This document shows, piece after piece, positions 33,120 to 44,609 of a stretch of DNA of 64,000 bases. Position numbers and translations under genes: made by a program. The notes under the pieces were generated by a model that saw nothing but the letters and a program-made list of their open reading frames with translations, made no database searches and was not told where the DNA came from. Position 1 is the first letter of the stretch; each line of letters opens with the position of its first letter. The DNA is from an uncultured Methanosarcinaceae archaeon (GTDB lineage: Archaea > Halobacteriota > Methanosarcinia > Methanosarcinales > Methanosarcinaceae). The DNA lies in assembly GCA_963847185.1 (NCBI GenBank), contig CAWJYV010000008.1, forward strand, positions 1 to 64,000, given 5' to 3'.

Positions 33120-34406
33120 ATGCGAAGGGACTATATAGATATCGGCTACAGCCCGAAAGACACGGATCTGGTCTGTGAATTCCACATCGAACCGACAGCA
33201 GGAGTGAATTTTGAGGAAGCTGCAACTCATATGGCAGGAGAAAGCTCTATAGATTCCTGGACTGAAATTGCCACGCTGAGTCCAGAGCTTGCAGAGAAAC
33301 TGAAGCCTCATGTCTTTTACGTGGATGAAAACGCACAGACCGTAAGGGTAGCTTATTCAGAAGACCTTTTTGAGCTGGGCTCGGTTCCGCAGGTTCTCAG
33401 TGCAGTTGCAGGAAATATCCTGAGCATGAAAATCGTTGACAACCTCAGGCTTCAGGATATTGCTTTCCCGAAATCAATGCTTCGAGAGTTCAAAGGTCCC
33501 AAATTCGGTCTGTCGGGTATCAGAGAACTGGTTGGCGTGCAGGATAGGCCTCTTATAGGGACTATTGTAAAGCCGAAAGTTGGGTTAAATTCCGAAAAAC
33601 ATGCTGAAGTTGCTTACAATTCCTTTGCAGGCGGCTGCGACCTCGTTAAAGATGACGAAAACCTTACGGACCAGAAATTTAACAGCTTTGAAAAAAGAGC
33701 CGAACTGACTCTCAAGCTCGCAGAAAAGGCAGAGTCTGAAACAGGAGAGCGCAAAATGTACCTCTGCAACATTACAGCCGCTACATGTAAAGAGATGACC
33801 CGGCGCCTGAATGTTCTCAAAGATCTAGGTGCAAGTTATGCAATGATTGATGTTGTACCTGCAGGCTGGACTGCCCTTCAGACCCTTCGGGAAGAATCTG
33901 AGGATGCGGGACTGGTTCTTCATGCCCACCGTTGTATGCACTCAGCTTACACCCGAAATCCCCGTCATGGTATAAGTATGGTCGTTGTTGCCAAGCTCTG
34001 CAGACTCATCGGGCTTGACCAGCTCCATATAGGCACAGTTGTCGGAAAGATGCATGGAGAAAAGCATGAGGTTCTAACTCTTCGCGACGAGTGTGTGCTT
34101 GATAAAGTCCCTGCTGATGAAAGCCAGCACACCCTGTTCCAGGACTGGGGAGGATTAAAGCCTATGTTCCCGGTCGCATCCGGAGGACTTGCTCCCACAA
34201 TGATTCCTGACCTTTACTCTATCTTCGGAAAAGATGTTATTATGCAGTTCGGCGGCGGAATCCATGCTCATCCCATGGGTACGGCAGCCGGAGCCACTGC
34301 CTGCAGGCAGGCCCTTGATGCAACCCTTGAAGGAACCACTCTGCAAGACTACGCAAAAAACCACAAAGAACTTGAAGTTGCTCTTGGTAAATGGTTGAAG
34401 AAATAA
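33120..34406 (+). CDS. rbcL: form III RuBisCO
   Basis: GTIVKPKVG, GCDLVKDDE, HAHR, GKM, SGG, GGGIHAHP. Confidence 0.96.
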   Translation: MRRDYIDIGYSPKDTDLVCEFHIEPTAGVNFEEAATHMAGESSIDSWTEIATLSPELAEKLKPHVFYVDENAQTVRVAYSEDLFELGSVPQVLSAVAGNILSMKIVDNLRLQDIAFPKSMLREFKGPKFGLSGIRELVGVQDRPLIGTIVKPKVGLNSEKHAEVAYNSFAGGCDLVKDDENLTDQKFNSFEKRAELTLKLAEKAESETGERKMYLCNITAATCKEMTRRLNVLKDLGASYAMIDVVPAGWTALQTLREESEDAGLVLHAHRCMHSAYTRNPRHGISMVVVAKLCRLIGLDQLHIGTVVGKMHGEKHEVLTLRDECVLDKVPADESQHTLFQDWGGLKPMFPVASGGLAPTMIPDLYSIFGKDVIMQFGGGIHAHPMGTAAGATACRQALDATLEGTTLQDYAKNHKELEVALGKWLKK

Positions 34407-34503
34407 TGGCTTAAAACGGCTAAAAGTAGCTCAAAATGGTTGAAGAAATAAGCTACAAAAATCAGGAAAAAGAAAATAACAATCCTAAAGGGGTTCATCT
34501 CCA

Positions 34504-35595
34504 GTGCAGGCAGAAAACGGAAATAAGATAGAAACCAGGATTTTTCGGATTTCCGAAGAAAACTTTGAAGCCATTCTTAATGAGGCGGCAGCAATAATAA
34601 GGAGTGGCGGAACTGTAGCTTTTCCCACGGAAACCGTTTACGGGCTTGGAGCCAATGGCCTGAACCCCGAGACGGTCCGAAAAATTTTCGAGGCAAAAGA
34701 GCGTCCTCCGGGAAACCCTCTTAGTTTGCTTGTCCATTCCAGGGAAGACGTTGAGAAAGTTGCAAAAAATATCCCCGAGCAAGCTTTGAAGCTTATGGAA
34801 GCCTTCTGGCCAGGACCCCTTACAATTATTCTGGAGAAAAAAGATACTGTTCCTGAGATAACTTCAGGAAATCTGCAGTCAATAGGATTACGCATGCCTG
34901 ACCATTTAATTCCTCTTGAGCTTGTAAAAAGGGCAGGAACACCCCTTGCCACTCCAAGCGCAAACCTTTCAGGAAAGCCCAGTCCCAGCCTTGCAGCCCA
35001 TGTAATAGCTGACCTTGATGGCAGAATCGATGCAATTATTGACGGAGGGGAAGCAGTCATAGGACTTGAGTCAACTGTTATTGATATGACTGTCGAACCT
35101 CCTGTTGTGCTCAGACCGGGAGCTGTAGGGATTGAAGAACTTGAAAGAGTTATAGGGAAGATCAGGTCAGGATACAAACAAGGCAAAGCCGGTGCTGATG
35201 AAGTCCAGCTGGAAAAAAAGGCAGGTCAGAAATATGGGCACTATATTCCTGACACAAAGGTAGTACTTGTGGAAGGAGAAAATAAGGCAGTTTCGGAAAA
35301 GATTGTCGAGCTACTTGAAAAAAGCAGGAGTGAAGGGAAGAAAGTAGGACTCCTGCTTAGTGAAGAGACTGCAAGTCTTCTTGCTTTTAAAGGGCCTGGC
35401 GTAGAAGAATATTTTTTATTAGGATCCAGGGAAGAACCGAAAGTGGCTGCCAGAAAACTTTTTGAAGGGCTCAGGGATCTGGACATGAAAGGGTTGGATA
35501 TAATAATAGCTGATGGCTCTTTCAACCGTTCAGGACTTGGGGATGCGCTCATTAACAGGTTGAGAGAGGCATCGTCAATAAGATTTGTTGTTTAG
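34504..35595 (+). CDS. sua5: L-threonylcarbamoyladenylate synthase Sua5
   Basis: FPTETVYGLG, KERPPGNPL, FWPGPLT, PSANLSG, C-terminal SUA5 domain. Confidence 0.95.
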   Translation: MQAENGNKIETRIFRISEENFEAILNEAAAIIRSGGTVAFPTETVYGLGANGLNPETVRKIFEAKERPPGNPLSLLVHSREDVEKVAKNIPEQALKLMEAFWPGPLTIILEKKDTVPEITSGNLQSIGLRMPDHLIPLELVKRAGTPLATPSANLSGKPSPSLAAHVIADLDGRIDAIIDGGEAVIGLESTVIDMTVEPPVVLRPGAVGIEELERVIGKIRSGYKQGKAGADEVQLEKKAGQKYGHYIPDTKVVLVEGENKAVSEKIVELLEKSRSEGKKVGLLLSEETASLLAFKGPGVEEYFLLGSREEPKVAARKLFEGLRDLDMKGLDIIIADGSFNRSGLGDALINRLREASSIRFVV

Positions 35596-35641
35596 GTTTA
35601 ATGTAAAAAGTGAAGAAAGTTTGATCAAACACTTGAGAGGG

Positions 35642-35881
35642 ATGTTTTTGAAGGCAGAGAAAAAGGATAATATGGTAAAAATGAGAGCTTATAAAAAAGT
35701 CATTAACCAGAACAAGAGAATAAACAAAATTAATCTTGTAGTTCTGGCTGCAGGCCTACTTTTGATGGTTCTGGGCGTGGAAAAAGTAGGAAATTATCTT
35801 CTTTGGGTTGGCATGTTTGTCTTTTTCATAACTGCTCTCTCAGGTATCTTTGCCTCAGGATCTTTTCGCAAGCAAAGATAA
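35642..35881 (+). CDS. small two-helix membrane protein
   Basis: GAGGG then ATG; two hydrophobic segments. Confidence 0.65.
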   Translation: MFLKAEKKDNMVKMRAYKKVINQNKRINKINLVVLAAGLLLMVLGVEKVGNYLLWVGMFVFFITALSGIFASGSFRKQR

Positions 35882-35926
35882 TCAGGTTTTCTATTGTTTT
35901 ATTATTCTGTTAAAAGGGTCTTTTAA

Positions 35927-38900
35927 ATGGGCGAAACGATTGCAAGCAAGGAAATGCATGAATATTTCAATGAACTTGAAACAAGGCTCAAAGAGGCAAT
36001 TGAAATTGCAAACAGAGCTCGGGCTCGTGGAGGAGACCCAAAGCCTATTGTAGAAATCCCCCTTGCCAAGGATCTTGCAGATAGGGTTGAAAATCTCATA
36101 GGGGTGGAAGGAGTTGCTGTAAAGATCCGAGAACTTGAAACTAAGATGTCCAGGGAAGAAGCTGCTCTTGAGATCGGGCGTCTAATAGCTGAAGGAGAAG
36201 TAGGAAGCTTCAGCTCAAAAAAGGATGCGGTTGAGGCTGCAATCCGGGTTTCCATGGCTGTCATTACAGAAGGAGTGGTTGCAGCTCCTATTGAAGGAAT
36301 TGACAAGGTTGAACTGGGTAAAAACGACGACAGTTCTCAATATATCCGAATTTTCTATTCCGGGCCCATCCGGAGTGCAGGAGGGACCGCCCAGGCTCTC
36401 TCCGTGCTTGTTGGCGACTATGTAAGGCGTGGAATAGGGATTGACCGTTATAAACCAAGACCGGAAGAGGTAGAGCGTTATGTGGAAGAAATCCTGCTTT
36501 ACAAGAGAGTTGCAAGCCTGCAATACACTCCCTCTGAAGATGAAATCCGTTTGATAGTTCAGAATTGTCCTGTCTGCATAGATGGGGATCCTACTGAGGA
36601 AGCTGAGGTTGAAGGACATAGGGATCTGGAAAGAATCGGGACAAACCGTGTAAGAGGAGGAATGTGCCTTGTACTTGCTGAAGGGCTTGCCCTCAAAGCC
36701 CCCAAAGTAAAGAAACATGTTAACAAGCTGAAAATGGACGGTTGGGAGTGGCTGGAAACGCTTATAGGAGGGGCAAAAAGCGAAGGGGATGAGGAAAACG
36801 AGCAGAAAAACAAAATCAAGCCAAAGGATAAGTACATAAGAGACCTGATTGCAGGAAGGCCTGTTTTTTCCCATCCCTCCAGGCCTGGAGGATTCAGGCT
36901 TCGCTACGGACGCTCAAGAAATACATCTTTTGCGGCTGCAGGAGTCAATCCTTCTACCATGGTCTTGCTTGACGATTTTATTAGTAATGGAACTCAGCTC
37001 AAGGTTGAAAGACCTGGAAAAGCTGCAGCCATGTCTGCCGTTGATTCGATAGAGGGGCCGACTGTCCGCCTCTGTTCCGGAGATCTTGTCCGTGTAGATA
37101 ATATAAAGGAAGCCTACGAAATTCGCCCTCAAGTAGAAGCAATAGTGGATATCGGAGAAATCCTGATCAATTACGGGGATTTCCTTGAAAACAACCATCC
37201 TCTTATGCCTTCGCCTTATGTTTTTGAATGGTGGCATTATGATTATGAGGCAGCCTGCCCCGAGAAAATATCTGACCAGGAACTGAAAAACCCCTCACCA
37301 GCCCTGGCTCTCAGGCTTGCAGAGGAATTTAACGTGCCCTTGCATCCTAAATTTAACTATCTCTGGCATGATATAAACCGAAGCGAATTTGAGACTCTAA
37401 GGAAATTCGTAGCTGAGAACGGAAATTTTTCTACTGAGGATGGAATTCTCAGACTACCATTGGAAGCTTGCCTGAAAGAGGGTATCAAATATACACTTGA
37501 AAAACTCCTTGTACTGCACAGAGTAAAAGATGACACAATCTGTATAGGTGAGTCTCTACCTTTCATTTTCTGCCTTGGGCTTGATGCGAATCTGAAAGAA
37601 AAGGCTCAGATGCCTGATACTGATAATATGGTGGATGCTGCGGCTTTTCTCAGTGGGTTTAAGGTTTTTCCCAGGGCTCCTTCTAGAATAGGAGCAAGGA
37701 TGGGAAGGCCGGAAAAAGCTGACCTTCGAAAAATGACCCCTGCAGCTCAGGTTTTATTTCCTATTAACAATGCCGGGGGAATTACGCGTAACCTTGTATC
37801 AGCTTCCGAGTACACAGCTTCCATGAATGGAAAGATCGGAGAAATTGAAGTGGAAATGGGAGTCAGGGAATGTCCTGCGTGCAGGAAAGAAACTTACTTC
37901 TGGCGCTGTGAATGCGGAGAATATACTCAGCCCAAACTTTCCTGTCTCCGCTGCAAGATAGACGTAAGAGGAGCTGCGACCTGTCCCAAGTGCGGGAGAA
38001 AACCGACCTCAGTTGCAAATGTCAAACTGGATTTCCGTTCCATTTACAAGCATGCCTTTGAGAATGTAGGGGAAAGGGAAAAAATGAATTTGATCAAAGG
38101 TGTAAAAAGGCTCATGAACGGGCAGATGACTCCCGAACCTCTTGAAAAAGGAATCCTGCGAGCAAAACACGATGTTTATATTTTTAAGGATGGAACTATC
38201 CGCTATGATATGTCAGATATCCCACTTACTCATATAAGGGCTGATGAACTTGGGATTACGGCAGCCAAGCTCATGGAACTCGGCTATCTGGAAGATATTT
38301 ATGGTAATCCCCTCGAGAGGGATGATCAGGTTGTCTGCCTGAAGGTTCAGGATCTTGTGATTTCTTACGGCGGGGGAGAGTATATGCTGAGGACGGCAAA
38401 ATACGTGGACGATCTGCTTGTGAAGTATTATAAGGTTGAGCCTTATTACAACGCCGAAACAATTCAGGATCTGGTAGGTGTATTGCTCATAGGGCTTGCT
38501 CCTCATACCTCTGCAGGAGTACTCGGGCGTCTTATTGGGTTTACAAAAGCTTCAGTCGGTTATGCTCATCCTTTTTTCCATGCTTCAAAACGTAGGAACT
38601 GTGATGGAGATGAAGACTGCATAATGCTCCTTATGGATGGAATCCTTAATTTTTCGAGATCTTACCTTCCAGATAAAAGAGGAGGGAAAATGGATGCTCC
38701 TCTTGTACTCACAACCAGAATCGATCCCAAAGAAGTGGACAAGGAAGCGCATAATATAGATGTACCTGCAAGGTATCCTCTTGAGTTTTACAAGGCCACT
38801 CAGGAAATCAAAAACCCAACTGAACTTGAAAGTATTATGGATCTTGTCAGTGGTCGGCTTGGAACTCCGGAACAGTATGAGCATTTCATGTTCACACATG

Positions 38901-39367
38901 ACACCACTGATATCGCTGCAGGCCCTCTCAAATCCTCATACAAGACGTTGGGAAGTATGATTGATAAAATGGAAGCTCAGCTTTCCCTGGCTAACAAGAT
39001 AAGGGCTGTAGATGCTCCTGACGTTGCTGAAAGGGTCCTAAAATCTCATTTCCTTCCTGACCTTCTGGGAAACCTCCGTTCTTTTTCCAGACAGCGAATG
39101 CGCTGTATCAAATGCGGGGAGAAATTCAGGCGTCCCCCTTTAACCGGTGCTTGCCCTAAGTGCGGAGGTAATGTGGTGCTGACCGTGCACGAGGGAGCTG
39201 TTCGTAAGTATCTTGAAATTTCTAAAGAGATTGGGGAAAGATACGGAGTTTCCAGCTACACCAGACAGAGGATTGAACTTCTGGATAAAGATATATGCTC
39301 TCTCTTTGAAAACCACAAAATCAAGCAGATGGGACTTTCGGATTTCATGTCTGGATCTGCGCGCTGA
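35927..39367 (+). CDS. polC: DNA polymerase D large subunit DP2
   Basis: [22 protein letters not shown], catalytic RRNCDGDED, Zn fingers; no intein visible. Confidence 0.98.
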   Translation: MGETIASKEMHEYFNELETRLKEAIEIANRARARGGDPKPIVEIPLAKDLADRVENLIGVEGVAVKIRELETKMSREEAALEIGRLIAEGEVGSFSSKKDAVEAAIRVSMAVITEGVVAAPIEGIDKVELGKNDDSSQYIRIFYSGPIRSAGGTAQALSVLVGDYVRRGIGIDRYKPRPEEVERYVEEILLYKRVASLQYTPSEDEIRLIVQNCPVCIDGDPTEEAEVEGHRDLERIGTNRVRGGMCLVLAEGLALKAPKVKKHVNKLKMDGWEWLETLIGGAKSEGDEENEQKNKIKPKDKYIRDLIAGRPVFSHPSRPGGFRLRYGRSRNTSFAAAGVNPSTMVLLDDFISNGTQLKVERPGKAAAMSAVDSIEGPTVRLCSGDLVRVDNIKEAYEIRPQVEAIVDIGEILINYGDFLENNHPLMPSPYVFEWWHYDYEAACPEKISDQELKNPSPALALRLAEEFNVPLHPKFNYLWHDINRSEFETLRKFVAENGNFSTEDGILRLPLEACLKEGIKYTLEKLLVLHRVKDDTICIGESLPFIFCLGLDANLKEKAQMPDTDNMVDAAAFLSGFKVFPRAPSRIGARMGRPEKADLRKMTPAAQVLFPINNAGGITRNLVSASEYTASMNGKIGEIEVEMGVRECPACRKETYFWRCECGEYTQPKLSCLRCKIDVRGAATCPKCGRKPTSVANVKLDFRSIYKHAFENVGEREKMNLIKGVKRLMNGQMTPEPLEKGILRAKHDVYIFKDGTIRYDMSDIPLTHIRADELGITAAKLMELGYLEDIYGNPLERDDQVVCLKVQDLVISYGGGEYMLRTAKYVDDLLVKYYKVEPYYNAETIQDLVGVLLIGLAPHTSAGVLGRLIGFTKASVGYAHPFFHASKRRNCDGDEDCIMLLMDGILNFSRSYLPDKRGGKMDAPLVLTTRIDPKEVDKEAHNIDVPARYPLEFYKATQEIKNPTELESIMDLVSGRLGTPEQYEHFMFTHDTTDIAAGPLKSSYKTLGSMIDKMEAQLSLANKIRAVDAPDVAERVLKSHFLPDLLGNLRSFSRQRMRCIKCGEKFRRPPLTGACPKCGGNVVLTVHEGAVRKYLEISKEIGERYGVSSYTRQRIELLDKDICSLFENHKIKQMGLSDFMSGSAR

Positions 39368-39727
39368 AAAAAATAAAAAAGAATATAAAGAGTCTCAAAA
39401 AAATTACTCTGAAGGGTGGAAAGTAGATAGGGCGTTTTGGAAGTCAAAATATAAGAATTATTTTTTATATATATTCTGAATTTTTCATTTAAAGCCTTAA
39501 TTTCCTTATGGAAAAGTAGCAATTCTAGTATGAACTTTCTCTAAAAGGCAAAACTTTCTCCTATCCAAATTAATAATTTTCTGTTTATTTTCCTTGGTAA
39601 TTATATAACCACACTCTTATTTATATGGTATCTGTTTGATTATCTGTATCTTTAGATAAATTAATTTTTTAATTAAGTTTGGGCTTTTTCAGCACTGTGC
39701 CTGAAATTTTTTGGTTATGGACTTATT

Positions 39728-40963
39728 TCATTCCAGAGGCAGTCCCAGTGAGTTGATTTGTTCTATCAATTCAGTAAAGTTTTCGATCTCGAGTTCCAGA
39801 ACTTCTTCTCTGGTCATGCCTATTGACATTTCTCCATCCACAGATAAACGTTCTGGGCCCCTGCGAACTAGCCTATCAATCCCATCTCTTTTAAGAGCTT
39901 CCTTAAGTTCCATATCATGGGCAAAGGCCCTTCCAGGAATGAAAACAGTTTCATCTACTTCTGAGAGGTCGAGTGTCTTAAAATCATCTATCGTTATGAG
40001 GCATCCAATATCTTTTTTAGGGGAAACAACATTTACAGAACCTCCAAGAGCATCAAAGATTTCCTTCATTCTTGGAGCTGCTACCTGGCCTGTGATAATA
40101 GTGGCCTTTTTTGTGATTTTTGGAAGCTTTGCAAGGGCTTCAGGAACGTTTCTGATTGCAAAAGGAGAGCCAATTAGGGGATCTTCAAGAGGAGTACCTG
40201 TGATCCTAAGGGAGGGATGCTTTGCTGCTGAACTGCGTACGAGCTCTGTGAATTCTTGAACGGTATGCGGAATTATTCCTGGAATTATTGGGGAATTATT
40301 CAGAATCAGTCCGTTTTCCGGAAAATTTGCAAATCTCATAAAGATAGCTCCTTTTGCACCCATAGTTTCCAGGTCATTAAGGGTTTTTTCAAGAGCTCCT
40401 CCATCATTTACTCCAGGGATTAGTACGATTGCTCCATAAACTTCACAATGGGTACAGAAATCTCGGAGAACCTGCAGAGAAGCTTCAGGCTCCGGATCTT
40501 TCATGTATTCAGCTCTTAAATCCGGATCAGTTGAAAAGACAGTAAAGCTTACTTCTGTTACTCCACGGTCTATATAGAAAAGAGCATCATCTGGCTTGCT
40601 AAAACCTTTTCCACTTGTATACCCCAGATGTATTGGAGTCTTGAACTGAGACAAAAAAGCAACAAGATTTTTCAGCTCGGGATAACAGCTTAAGTCGCCT
40701 CCTCCGCTGATAGTGAATTTGTCTATCTCTCCAGTTACAAAATAGAGTTTGTTTGCAGCTTCTTCAAGTACCGTTTGAATGGGCTTGAAACCTGAATATG
40801 ATTCCTTTACACTGCGGGTACAGTAGTCACATCCTTTTTTGAAAGGAAGACAATGCTTGCAGCCCAGAGGCTGAGTGTCTTTCACCCTTTTGAAATAGCA
40901 ATATTTACAAAAACCTCTGCAGTCTACCCCGGGGTTTCCACCTACATCGACAACTACTTCCAT
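39728..40963 (-). CDS. mmp10: methanogenesis marker 10, MCR arginine C-methyltransferase (radical SAM)
   Basis: [11 protein letters not shown], extra Cys loop (CKHC..GCDYC), HLGYTSGKG; divergent from mcrB. Confidence 0.95.
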   Translation of the reverse strand: MEVVVDVGGNPGVDCRGFCKYCYFKRVKDTQPLGCKHCLPFKKGCDYCTRSVKESYSGFKPIQTVLEEAANKLYFVTGEIDKFTISGGGDLSCYPELKNLVAFLSQFKTPIHLGYTSGKGFSKPDDALFYIDRGVTEVSFTVFSTDPDLRAEYMKDPEPEASLQVLRDFCTHCEVYGAIVLIPGVNDGGALEKTLNDLETMGAKGAIFMRFANFPENGLILNNSPIIPGIIPHTVQEFTELVRSSAAKHPSLRITGTPLEDPLIGSPFAIRNVPEALAKLPKITKKATIITGQVAAPRMKEIFDALGGSVNVVSPKKDIGCLITIDDFKTLDLSEVDETVFIPGRAFAHDMELKEALKRDGIDRLVRRGPERLSVDGEMSIGMTREEVLELEIENFTELIEQINSLGLPLE

Positions 40964-41233
40964 ATTAAACTTTCGTATTATTTAGGATATTACTAAATCT
41001 TTTTGGTTTAATCTCATATCTGAAACTAACATTTAATAAAAATTACCTCCTTTTTCCGGTTTTCTCAGGAGAAAATTTCATTCAGTATTACTGTATATTT
41101 TTGACGTCTTTGAATATCCCCCAAATTCCATTTTTTCTATTGGTATTGTTTTTTAATATATTAATAAAAAAATAGATTTCACCTTAATAAATTATGTTTT
41201 AAAAAAATGTACCAATTCCTCTAGCGGAGAACA

Positions 41234-41248
41234 CAAAAGATTTAAGTA
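41234..41248 (+). promoter_or_regulatory. mcr operon promoter (BRE/TATA)
   Basis: CAAAAGA-TTTAAGTA about 135 nt upstream of mcrB, as recalled for Methanosarcina PmcrB. Confidence 0.7.
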
Positions 41249-41382
41249 CCTTCTAAACGAATGAGAATTCATTGGGAAAGTGGACACTGAAAAACAACGC
41301 GGTACTTGATTATTGAGTGCAAAAGCACTCGAGTAGGTGACCAGTCCCAAAATGATGTTAATAAATTAAGGAGGAAATTAAA

Positions 41383-42687
41383 GTGTCTGACACAGTAGAC
41401 ATCTACGACGACAGAGGAAAACTGCTTGAGAGCAATGTCGACATCATGAACCTTGCTCCAACAAGAAACGCAGCAATTAAAAAGATTATCATGGACACCA
41501 AAAGGTCCGTTGCAGTCTCCCTCGCAGGTATTCAGGGTGCACTTGCCAACGGCAAGATGGGCGGAAAAGGCCGTCAGATCTTAGGCCGTGGACTCAACTA
41601 CGATATTGTAGGAAACGCTGAAGCAATTGCAGAAAGCGTTAAGAATTATGTCCAGGTTGACGAAGGTGACGATACCGAAGTAAAAATCCTTAAGGGCGGA
41701 AAGAGCCTTCTCATTCAGGCTCCAGCATCCAGAATGATCGCTGGTGCTGACTTTATGGCCTCCAGCACTGTCGGTGCAGCAGCAGTTACTCAGACCATCA
41801 TTGACATGTTCAAAACCGACATGTATGATGCACCTATCGTAAAGGGTGCTGTCTGGGGAAGCTACCCACAGACAATGGATCTTATGGGTGGACAGGTTCA
41901 GAGCATTCTCAGCATCCCCCAGAACAACGAAGGTCTTGGTTTCTCCCTCAGAAACATCATGGCAAACCACGTTGCAGCAATTGCCAACAGGAATGCAATG
42001 AACGCATCAGCTCTCTCCTCTATCTATGAGCAGGCTGGTATCTTTGAGATGGGTGGCGCAGTCGGTATGTTCGAGAGGCATCAGCTCCTCGGTCTCGCAT
42101 GCCAGGGTCTCAACGCCAACAATGTGCTATACGATGTTGTAAAGGAAAATGGTAAAAACGGTACCATCGGAACTGTTATCGAATCTATCGTTAGCAGGGC
42201 AATTGAAGCTGGTGTCATTTCCGTTGACAAGACCGCTCCCTCTGGATACAAGTTCTATAAGGCAAACGACGTCCCCATGTGGAATGCCTTTACAGCAGTT
42301 GGTACCCTTGCAGCCACTCTCGTAAACTGTGGTGCAGGACGTGCAGCTCAGAACGTTTCCTCAACACTTCTCTACTTCAACGACATCCTTGAGAAGGAAA
42401 CCGGTCTCCCAGGATGCGACTACGGTAAAGTACAGGGTACCGCAGTAGGATTCTCATTCTTCAGCCACTCCATTTATGGTGGCGGTGGACCTGGTGTCTT
42501 CAACGGTAACCACGTCGTTACCAGGCACTCAAGAGGCTTTGCAATCCCCTGCGTTTGCGCAGCAGTAGCCCTTGATGCAGGCACCCAGATGTTCACAATC
42601 GAATCAACATCCGGTCTCATAGGCGACGTGTTCGGTTCAATACCAGAATTCCGCGAGCCGATTAAAGCAGTTGCAGGAGCGCTCTAA
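41383..42687 (+). CDS. mcrB: methyl-coenzyme M reductase beta subunit
   Basis: VWGSYPQT, FSFFSHSIYGGGGPG; AGGAGG and GTG start. Confidence 0.99.
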   Translation: MSDTVDIYDDRGKLLESNVDIMNLAPTRNAAIKKIIMDTKRSVAVSLAGIQGALANGKMGGKGRQILGRGLNYDIVGNAEAIAESVKNYVQVDEGDDTEVKILKGGKSLLIQAPASRMIAGADFMASSTVGAAAVTQTIIDMFKTDMYDAPIVKGAVWGSYPQTMDLMGGQVQSILSIPQNNEGLGFSLRNIMANHVAAIANRNAMNASALSSIYEQAGIFEMGGAVGMFERHQLLGLACQGLNANNVLYDVVKENGKNGTIGTVIESIVSRAIEAGVISVDKTAPSGYKFYKANDVPMWNAFTAVGTLAATLVNCGAGRAAQNVSSTLLYFNDILEKETGLPGCDYGKVQGTAVGFSFFSHSIYGGGGPGVFNGNHVVTRHSRGFAIPCVCAAVALDAGTQMFTIESTSGLIGDVFGSIPEFREPIKAVAGAL

Positions 42688-42711
42688 ACACATAAATTAA
42701 AAGGTCTAAAG

Positions 42712-43224
42712 ATGTCAGACTCTGCTTCAAATACAGAAGATTCAATTCAAATCGAAATCTTTCCCAGTAGAATCCTGTCCCCTGAAACAGCTCAGAAACT
42801 CATGGCTGAAATCTACAAGGTGGACGGGATAATCCGCGTTATGGTGCAGGGCAACAGACTGCCAGATAAGGTGGGTTACGGCCCTGGCACCGGGGAAAAA
42901 GTGGAACATCCGCTAAGGAAACCTATTCAGATCGGAGATCAGGTTATTGAACTGAAGATCAGCGTAGGCAGGATCAGGATTGAACTTTCAAACGCCGAAG
43001 CTAAAGAAAAAGTCAGGGAAGTATGTGAAAAAACGCTCCCATTCCCATTTGAATTCAGGGAAGGACATTTCCTCCGGAAAAAGCCTACTGTAACTGACTA
43101 TGCCAAACTTGGTCCTGAAGCAGATCCTCGCTTACTTGGTATGGTAGATCCTAAAGCCAAAATAGATCAAATCGTCTTTGTCGAGAAACAAGAGAAGAAA
43201 GAGAAAAAGGACGAAGATGAGTGA
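42712..43224 (+). CDS. mcrD: MCR operon protein D
   Basis: IEIFPSRIL, TVTDYAK; position. Confidence 0.96.
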   Translation: MSDSASNTEDSIQIEIFPSRILSPETAQKLMAEIYKVDGIIRVMVQGNRLPDKVGYGPGTGEKVEHPLRKPIQIGDQVIELKISVGRIRIELSNAEAKEKVREVCEKTLPFPFEFREGHFLRKKPTVTDYAKLGPEADPRLLGMVDPKAKIDQIVFVEKQEKKEKKDEDE

Positions 43225-43230
43225 AAAAGT

Positions 43231-43830
43231 ATGATGATCGATCGGGAAACGCAGGTAGTTGACTGCAGATGTGGTGCGGGACTTGGCAAAGGAGGAGGAC
43301 TTGCTCAGCGAGGTACTCTCTCGGAAGCTGGCCGTGCTGAGGTCGTAGCTATTGCCATGAGTCCCGGCCAGAGACATATCACAAAACCGGTATGTGAGAT
43401 CACATACGGCATGAGGAAGGAAAACATTCAGGTCAGTGTACTGGTGCTCTACTCAGGCTCTGGAATTCCAGAGTCAGGTATGAGGACAGGGTCTTTTGTA
43501 CTGAGTCCGGTAGAAGTCTCGCAGATTGAAATGCACAAGCTGGCTGTTATCCACCTCGGAAATATCAAGGACCATGTGATCAGGAAAGCTAGGGAAATCC
43601 TGAGTCAGGCTAATATTCCGGCGATTGTAGTTAGCCAGATCCCGGTAGATTTTGAAGATTTTGCAGAAGCAGGGATTAAGACGAGATTAGTGATGCCAAG
43701 GGATGAAAATATCCGTACAAAGGGAATTGTGATGGATATGGTAAGTGGAGTTACACGAGGTGACTCTTGTCCCAGGGATAAACTAAATTTGATCGTCAAA
43801 GAAGTCAAGACTACATTAGACCATTTATAA
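43231..43830 (+). CDS. mcrC: MCR operon protein C
   Basis: VDCRCGAGLGKGGGLAQRGT, HITKPVCEIT. Confidence 0.97.
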   Translation: MMIDRETQVVDCRCGAGLGKGGGLAQRGTLSEAGRAEVVAIAMSPGQRHITKPVCEITYGMRKENIQVSVLVLYSGSGIPESGMRTGSFVLSPVEVSQIEMHKLAVIHLGNIKDHVIRKAREILSQANIPAIVVSQIPVDFEDFAEAGIKTRLVMPRDENIRTKGIVMDMVSGVTRGDSCPRDKLNLIVKEVKTTLDHL

Positions 43831-43852
43831 AATCATAAAGGAGTTGCATGAG

Positions 43853-44599
43853 ATGGCTTACGAAGCACAATATTATCCAGGCGCAACATCAGTTGGCGTT
43901 AACAGAAGAAAGCATATGTCTGGAAAACTTGAGAAACTCAGGGAAATTTCAGACGAAGACTTAACTGCAGTCCTCGGACACCGTGCCCCAGGTAGCGACT
44001 ACCCAAGCACCCACCCACCACTCGCAGAGATGGGAGAGCCTGCATGCTCAACACGTGAAAACGTTGCAGCTACACCTGGTGCAGCAGCAGGAGACAGAGT
44101 CAGGTACGTTCAGTTCGCTGACTCCATGTACAACGCTCCTGCTACCCCATACTTCAGATCATACTTCGCAGCAATCAACTTCAGAGGTGTAGACCCAGGT
44201 ACCCTTTCCGGTCGTCAGATCGTTGAAGCCCGTGAAAGAGACATGGAACAGTGCGCAAAGGTCCAGATGGAAACCGAAATGACTGACCACGCACTCGCAG
44301 GAATGCGTGGTGCAACTGTGCACGGTCACTCTGTCCGTCTCCAGGAAGACGGTGTAATGTTCGACATGCTCGACAGGAGAAGACTCGAAGGTGGCGTCAT
44401 CATTCAGGACAAGGACCAGGTTGCAATCCCACTCGACAGGAAAGTAAACCTCGGCAAGCCTATGTCCAGCGAGGAAGCCGCAAAGAGAACCACCATCTAC
44501 CGTGTGGACAATGTAGCCTTCAGGGACGATGCAGAAGTCGTTGAATGGGTACAGAGAATATTCGATGAGAGAACAATTTACGGATTCCAGCCGAAATGA
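43853..44599 (+). CDS. mcrG: methyl-coenzyme M reductase gamma subunit
   Basis: [25 protein letters not shown]. Confidence 0.99.
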   Translation: MAYEAQYYPGATSVGVNRRKHMSGKLEKLREISDEDLTAVLGHRAPGSDYPSTHPPLAEMGEPACSTRENVAATPGAAAGDRVRYVQFADSMYNAPATPYFRSYFAAINFRGVDPGTLSGRQIVEARERDMEQCAKVQMETEMTDHALAGMRGATVHGHSVRLQEDGVMFDMLDRRRLEGGVIIQDKDQVAIPLDRKVNLGKPMSSEEAAKRTTIYRVDNVAFRDDAEVVEWVQRIFDERTIYGFQPK

Positions 44600-44609
44600 G
44601 GTGACCACA

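Noticed and set aside
33120-34406. RuBisCO as evidence of a Calvin cycle
   Set aside because: Form III RuBisCO is ordinary in Methanosarcina; no phosphoribulokinase in the window
34389-34451. 18-bp duplication of the rbcL 3' end as an insertion scar
   Set aside because: Only 27 bp of short degenerate repeats lie between the copies; consistent with slippage
35927-39367. Intein in DP2
   Set aside because: Length is normal and the region around RRNCDGDED is uninterrupted
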